NCBI RefSeq assembly: GCF_006345805.1
Contig: NW_021824161.1
Location: 1 to 19,657, forward strand
DNA length: 19,657 bases
Direction: 5' to 3'
Origin: Octopus sinensis
Taxonomy: Eukaryota
Numbering within the stretch: position 1 is the stretch's first letter; each line of letters opens with the position of its first letter. The notes below the pieces were generated by a model. That model had not been told where the DNA came from. It saw nothing but the letters and a program-made list of their open reading frames with translations, and made no database searches. A program made the translations under genes and the position numbers. Positions 18,301 to 19,657 of the stretch are shown here, in pieces.

Positions 18301-19386
18301 CTGCCTGGTACTGCATCAGGGCATTAGCAAATCTGTGGTATTGAGCAGAATATTTGCTGTAGCCCATCTTTTATACCAAGACAAAACAATGTACATGATA
18401 ACACTTCCAATTAGTTAAGATCAGAAGCCATGAGAACCACTGCCTGGTACTGCATCAGGGCATTAGCAAATCTGTGGTATTGAGCAGAATATTTGCCGTA
18501 GCCCATCTTTTATACCAAGACAAAACAATGTAGATAATAACACTTCCAATCAGTTAAGATCAGAAGCCATGAGAGCCACTGCCTGGTACTGCATCAAGGC
18601 ATTAGCAAACTGGTATTGAGCAGAATATTTGCCGTAGGCCATCTTTTATACCAAGACAAAACAATGTACATGATAACACTTCCAATCAGCTAAGATCAGA
18701 AGCCATGAGATCCACTGCCTGGTACTGCATCAGGGCATTAGCAAACTGTGGTATTGAGCAGAATATTTGCTGTGGACCATTTTTTATACCAAGACAAAAC
18801 AATGTAGATGATAACACTTCCAATCAGTTAAGATCAGAAGCCATGAGAGCCACTGCCTGGTACTGCATCAGGGCATTAGCAAATCTGTGGTATTGAGCAG
18901 AATATTTGCTGTAGCCCATCTTTTATACCAAGACAAAACAATGTACATGATAACACTTCCAATTAGTTAAGATCAGAAGCCATGAGAGCCACTGCCTGGT
19001 ACTGCATCAGGGCATTTATTAATATTATAATTATTATTAATATTATTATTATATGAAGGTGGTGAGCTGGCAGAATTGTTAGCATGCTGGACGAAATGCT
19101 TAGCGATATTTCACTCGTCATGTTCTGAATTCAACTTCTACTGAGGTTGACTTCGCCTTTCGTAGGGGTCGATAAAATAAGTACCAGTTGAGCACTGGGA
19201 CCAATGTAATCGACTCATCCCCACCTCCCCCAATATTTCTGCCCTTGTGGCAAAATTTGAAATCACTATTTTTATTAGTACTACTACTCTCTATTCCAGT
19301 GAAATTGTGGGAGGTGACCGTCACCTGTCGGCCCTCACTCCAGGAGCCATTTGTCTGGCTGACATCTCGAATCACACAACCTCCAA
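4450..19386 (+). CDS. NKIRAS: kappaB-Ras (NF-kappa-B inhibitor-interacting Ras-like GTPase), spliced CDS, 3'-incomplete: join(4450..4548,7697..7792,10404..10451,13818..13913,16064..16157,19300..19386)
   Basis: Six exons with canonical AG/GT boundaries join in one open frame (intron phases 0,0,0,0,1,1). The translation has the P-loop GQSSVGKT and the kappaB-Ras-typical motifs [49 protein letters not shown] and [14 protein letters not shown]. Family recognised from memory of human NKIRAS1/2. About 20 C-terminal codons are expected outside the window. Confidence 0.95.
4562..4745. repeat. (GT)n-based minisatellite, unit approx gtgtgtgtgtacatggtg
   Basis: The gtacatggtg motif recurs about 7 times within GT runs. 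It explains the spurious His/Thr and Cys/Val ORFs. Confidence 0.9.
4745..5115. repeat. Repeat family F, ~135-bp unit in tandem (one deleted, two full, one partial)
   Basis: ttgttgtttaaccccagg...ctgatccagcagacc...gaccatcctgtcttttattcaggcatagtgtatctaggactacattatctaatgtgtccttcc repeated; the same unit occurs at 11325-11590. Confidence 0.8.
5135..5303 (-). mobile_element. SINE family C (tRNA-derived), degenerate
   Basis: The reverse complement has the head ggcagcaagctggcagaacc, a B-box-like gagttcaaat, and the central domain gtcgactttgcctttcatcctttcagggtcgataaattaagtac. Confidence 0.8.
5304..5415. repeat. (AAT)n / (AATAATTATAATCAT) compound microsatellite
   Basis: Visible directly; source of the poly-Asn and poly-Ile ORFs. 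Confidence 0.95.
5410..5625 (-). mobile_element. Putative non-LTR retroelement 3' end, copy 1
   Basis: Near-identical to 6905-7101. The reverse complement ends tagcccttgtggccaataaaag plus an AT-rich tail (AATAAA signal). Confidence 0.55.
5731..6477. repeat. Tandem duplication, period ~364 bp: [SINE-C variant (minus) + 118-bp RTE 3' end (plus) with 10-bp TSD + (AAT)n] x2
   Basis: cttttctactggagg occurs at 5744 and 6108, and both copies share identical insertion junctions. Confidence 0.9.
5953..6070 (+). mobile_element. 5'-truncated RTE LINE 3' end, second family; duplicate at 6321-6438
   Basis: Encodes ...[23 protein letters not shown] (D-R-x-x-W-R typical of the RTE ORF2 C-terminus), has a (GAT)n tail, and is flanked by TSD ttgccaccat at 5943-5952 and 6071-6080. 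Confidence 0.8.
6478..6873 (+). mobile_element. Non-autonomous Helitron, copy 2 (396 bp)
   Basis: A|TC start at 6478, hairpin cccgagcaacgccggg at ~6846-6861, CTAG|T end at 6873, inserted in (AAT)n; has an internal two-copy subrepeat. Confidence 0.9.
6905..7101 (-). mobile_element. Putative non-LTR retroelement 3' end, copy 2
   Basis: Matches 5410-5625. Confidence 0.55.
7118..7337 (-). mobile_element. SINE family C
   Basis: Same central domain (gaaaggatgaaaggc...caacctcgg...atttgaactc) and head as the other copies. Confidence 0.8.
7363..7652 (-). mobile_element. RTE LINE 3' UTR fragment
   Basis: (cat)n-cgtttaacgtccg...ctacagctggatgcccttcctaacgccaaccactcc, matching the 3521 and 12500-12680 copies. 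Confidence 0.85.
7697..7792 (+). CDS. NKIRAS: NKIRAS coding exon 2 ([32 protein letters not shown]), switch I and G3
   Basis: Acceptor ttttgcttgcacAG at 7696, donor TTG|GTAGGT at 7793; 96 nt, phase 0-0. Confidence 0.95.
7876..8277 (-). mobile_element. Two tandem SINE-C copies (5'-truncated 7876-~8027; full 8044-8277)
   Basis: Both share the tail cccacaaggggctaaacacagaggggacaaacaaggacagac; the second has a full tRNA-like head. Confidence 0.85.
8352..9120 (-). mobile_element. Older RTE LINE fragment (ORF2 C-terminus plus 3' UTR containing a 26-bp tandem array)
   Basis: The reverse complement of ~8940-9120 aligns by eye with 12060-12260 (actgtggagggaacctgtgaaagg...gggatgaagtggtgag...cctcactgaggaaatgacaagggaccg). 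The 3' UTR motif gctggatgcccttcctaatgccaaccac lies at ~8472, with a (CAT)n tail at 8352-8380. Confidence 0.75.
8520..8900. repeat. ~26-bp minisatellite with a ~78-bp three-monomer higher-order period
   Basis: Monomer types gtcaccaggacaggt(a/g)cccttcac, gtc(actg/agag)gcac(g/a)aatgccctt and gtaacaccagcacaggtgcccttta recur mostly in A-B-C order; the ORF track shows a 26-aa period. Confidence 0.85.
9130..9470 (-). mobile_element. Partial SINE-A head (9130-9227) followed by an RTE 3' UTR fragment (9229-9470)
   Basis: Sequence match to the other copies in the window. Confidence 0.8.
9766..10338 (-). mobile_element. Full SINE-A (head 10171-10338, linker, tail 9928-10120) plus an additional head at 9766-9925
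   Basis: Reverse-complement match to 1014-1488. Confidence 0.9.
10404..10451 (+). CDS. NKIRAS: NKIRAS coding exon 3, 48-nt small exon ([16 protein letters not shown])
   Basis: Acceptor gttttccgtttctcttgaAG at 10403, donor GAT|GTGAGT at 10452. It fills exactly the gap between DTAGL and GFVL (recalled human counterpart RDGAELPRHCFSCTD). Too short for the ORF track. Confidence 0.9.
10485..11264 (-). mobile_element. SINE family G (tRNA-derived) with internally triplicated body
   Basis: Reverse-strand head gtggaggcgcaatggcccaatggtt (A-box-like) and gagtttgattcccagacc (B-box-like). The segment ending ggatgaatgcgcatccaggctcagcggttg occurs three times (~10505-10689, ~10690-10853, ~10854-11074). (AAAC)n-like tail near 10490. 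Confidence 0.75.
11325..11590. repeat. Repeat family F, two tandem units
   Basis: Matches the 4826-5095 units. Confidence 0.8.
11590..12682 (+). mobile_element. 5'-truncated, decayed RTE-clade LINE (RT C-terminal region plus 3' UTR and GAT tail)
   Basis: Translation [43 protein letters not shown]...KGRLYDACV* then ..ETW: the F.YLG / RI..AW..F.EL / LY...V / ETW pattern of RTE ORF2, interrupted by stops. The 3' end is gcacggaaagcggatgttaaac...gatgatgat. Confidence 0.85.
12715..13405 (-). mobile_element. Probable Penelope-like element fragments separated by (TA)n
   Basis: Minus-strand FPKLNCLKS* at 13369-13340 resembles the C-terminal P-x-LN of Penelope GIY-YIG endonucleases, and a hammerhead-like motif at 12783-12833 is typical of Penelope pseudo-LTRs. 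Inference from short motifs only. Confidence 0.45.
12783..12833 (-). ncRNA. Hammerhead-ribozyme-like motif (type I, minimal/dimeric form), possibly degenerate
   Basis: Minus strand reads tct-CTGATGA-agggatat(aataaataa)atatcctg-GAAA-cagctGTA-aga: catalytic core, a 7-bp stem II, palindromic acagctgt stem III, a GUA triplet, and only a 3-bp stem I. Confidence 0.55.
13552..13705 (-). mobile_element. RTE LINE 3' UTR fragment
   Basis: (cat)n-cgtttaacgtccgttttccatgctag...gctggatgcccttcctaacgccaa. Confidence 0.85.
13818..13913 (+). CDS. NKIRAS: NKIRAS coding exon 4 ([32 protein letters not shown])
   Basis: Acceptor tttctttttttgtcAG at 13817, donor GAG|GTGAGT at 13914; 96 nt, phase 0-0. Confidence 0.95.
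13952..14615 (+). mobile_element. Full SINE-A (head 13952-14109, tail ~14410-14615) interrupted by a SINE-C
   Basis: Head and tail match 1014-1488; the SINE-C sits in the (TA)n linker. Confidence 0.9.
14146..14373 (-). mobile_element. Full SINE-C nested in the SINE-A linker
   Basis: Matches 8044-8277 and is flanked by (TA)n on both sides. Confidence 0.9.
14692..15310. mobile_element. 2.5 tandem copies (246-bp period) of a 222-bp piggyBac-type MITE (14696-14917, 14942-15163, 15188-~15308 truncated)
   Basis: TTAA-cccttttgttacc...ggtatcaaaaggg-TTAA: 14-bp TIRs (13/14 match in copy 2) beginning CCCT, with TTAA flanks and an almost identical 24-bp spacer. Confidence 0.75.
15371..15973 (-). mobile_element. 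Tc1/mariner-type MITE (~210 bp once the nested Helitron is removed)
   Basis: 32-bp imperfect TIRs at 15371-15402 and 15942-15973 (cacgagggggtgctgaaaagttcctggc; 25/32 match). The rejoined interior on the minus strand reads aga ggg gaa tat att taa (RGEYI*), resembling the mariner transposase C-terminal G.YVE. Confidence 0.65.
15451..15843 (-). mobile_element. Non-autonomous Helitron, copy 3 (393 bp)
   Basis: Reverse complement of 6478-6873 with TC/CTAG ends and an A|T insertion site. Confidence 0.9.
16064..16157 (+). CDS. NKIRAS: NKIRAS coding exon 5 ([31 protein letters not shown]), G4 box
   Basis: Acceptor ctctctttctctgctacAG at 16063, donor AAAG|GTGAGT at 16158; 94 nt, phase 0-1. Confidence 0.95.
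16234..16804 (-). mobile_element. Interspersed element with (AAT)n tail at its left end; its terminal 139 bp seeds the adjacent array (class unknown)
   Basis: Non-periodic ~420 bp (16247-16665) leads directly into array unit 1, with (ATT)n at 16234-16246 and an AT-rich ATT-like stretch after 19016. Orientation inferred from the tail. Confidence 0.5.
16666..19016. repeat. Tandem array of 17 x ~139-bp units with higher-order structure
   Basis: Units start (gcaaa) at 16666, 16805, 16945, 17084, 17223, 17362, 17496, 17634, 17773, 17912, 18051, 18189, 18327, 18466, 18605, 18741 and 18879. Confidence 0.97.
19057..19265 (+). mobile_element. SINE-C, degenerate
   Basis: ggtggtgagctggcagaattgttagc head, gaattcaac B-box remnant, ggggtcgataaaataagtaccagtt central domain and a gcccttgtggc tail. 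Confidence 0.8.
19300..19386 (+). CDS. NKIRAS: NKIRAS coding exon 6 ([29 protein letters not shown])
   Basis: Acceptor ctctctattccAG at 19299, donor CCAA|GTATGT at 19387; 87 nt, phase 1-1. Completes the Val codon G|TG from exon 5. Confidence 0.93.
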
Positions 19387-19657
19387 GTATGTATCACTCT
19401 TCTGCCTCAGTTTTCTCTTTCCTCATCTGTCTTTATATATATATTTATATATGTATGTATACACATATAGCTTTATAATCAAGGATAAGATCTTTCTAAG
19501 ATTTTATCAAGTGGCCAGCAAGTAATAAAATTGTACCGAAGTAGTAAGTATAGTTCTTAGAGCCATTTGGCATCTATTTCTAGCATGTGGCCCTAGTCAT
19601 TAGTGCCCTTATAATTATATTTATGTAATTATATTTATCTTACTCTTTTACTAGTTT

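Noticed and set aside
16666-19016. CRISPR-like array or repeat-protein ORFs ([14 protein letters not shown]...)
   Set aside because: Units are contiguous near-identical monomers with no unique spacers and no cas genes. The ORFs arise only where 138-bp variants keep the frame, and they lie in an intron of a eukaryotic gene.
19387-19478. Read-through of exon 6 (…[21 protein letters not shown]…) as the true C-terminus
   Set aside because: A good donor (GTATGT) sits where kappaB-Ras similarity ends, and the extension is low-complexity intron-like sequence. The terminal exon is probably outside the window.

Overview
AT-rich, microsatellite-laden eukaryotic (animal) genomic DNA. The SINE, LINE and microsatellite landscape looks like a coleoid cephalopod, probably Octopus; this is an inference from repeat style, not a database match. 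One protein-coding gene runs on the + strand: a kappaB-Ras / NKIRAS (NF-kappa-B inhibitor-interacting Ras-like) small GTPase. Six coding exons were assembled by hand with GT-AG junctions: 4450-4548, 7697-7792, 10404-10451, 13818-13913, 16064-16157 and 19300-19386. They give 520 nt, 173 codons plus 1 nt: [173 protein letters not shown]. The last coding exon lies beyond the window. Nearly everything else is transposon-derived: three tRNA-type SINE families, RTE LINE fragments and 3' UTRs, three non-autonomous Helitrons, a mariner-type MITE, tandem piggyBac-type MITEs, Penelope-like fragments, and several tandem arrays, including a 17 x ~139-bp array with higher-order structure. The strongest leads are a hammerhead-ribozyme-like motif (minus strand, ~12783-12833), inverted TE pairs bracketing frame-symmetric exons 2-4 and 3-4, an NKxD-to-NKKE change in the GTPase G4 box, and the higher-order repeat array. 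No prokaryotic system, CRISPR array or true tRNA/rRNA gene is supported.
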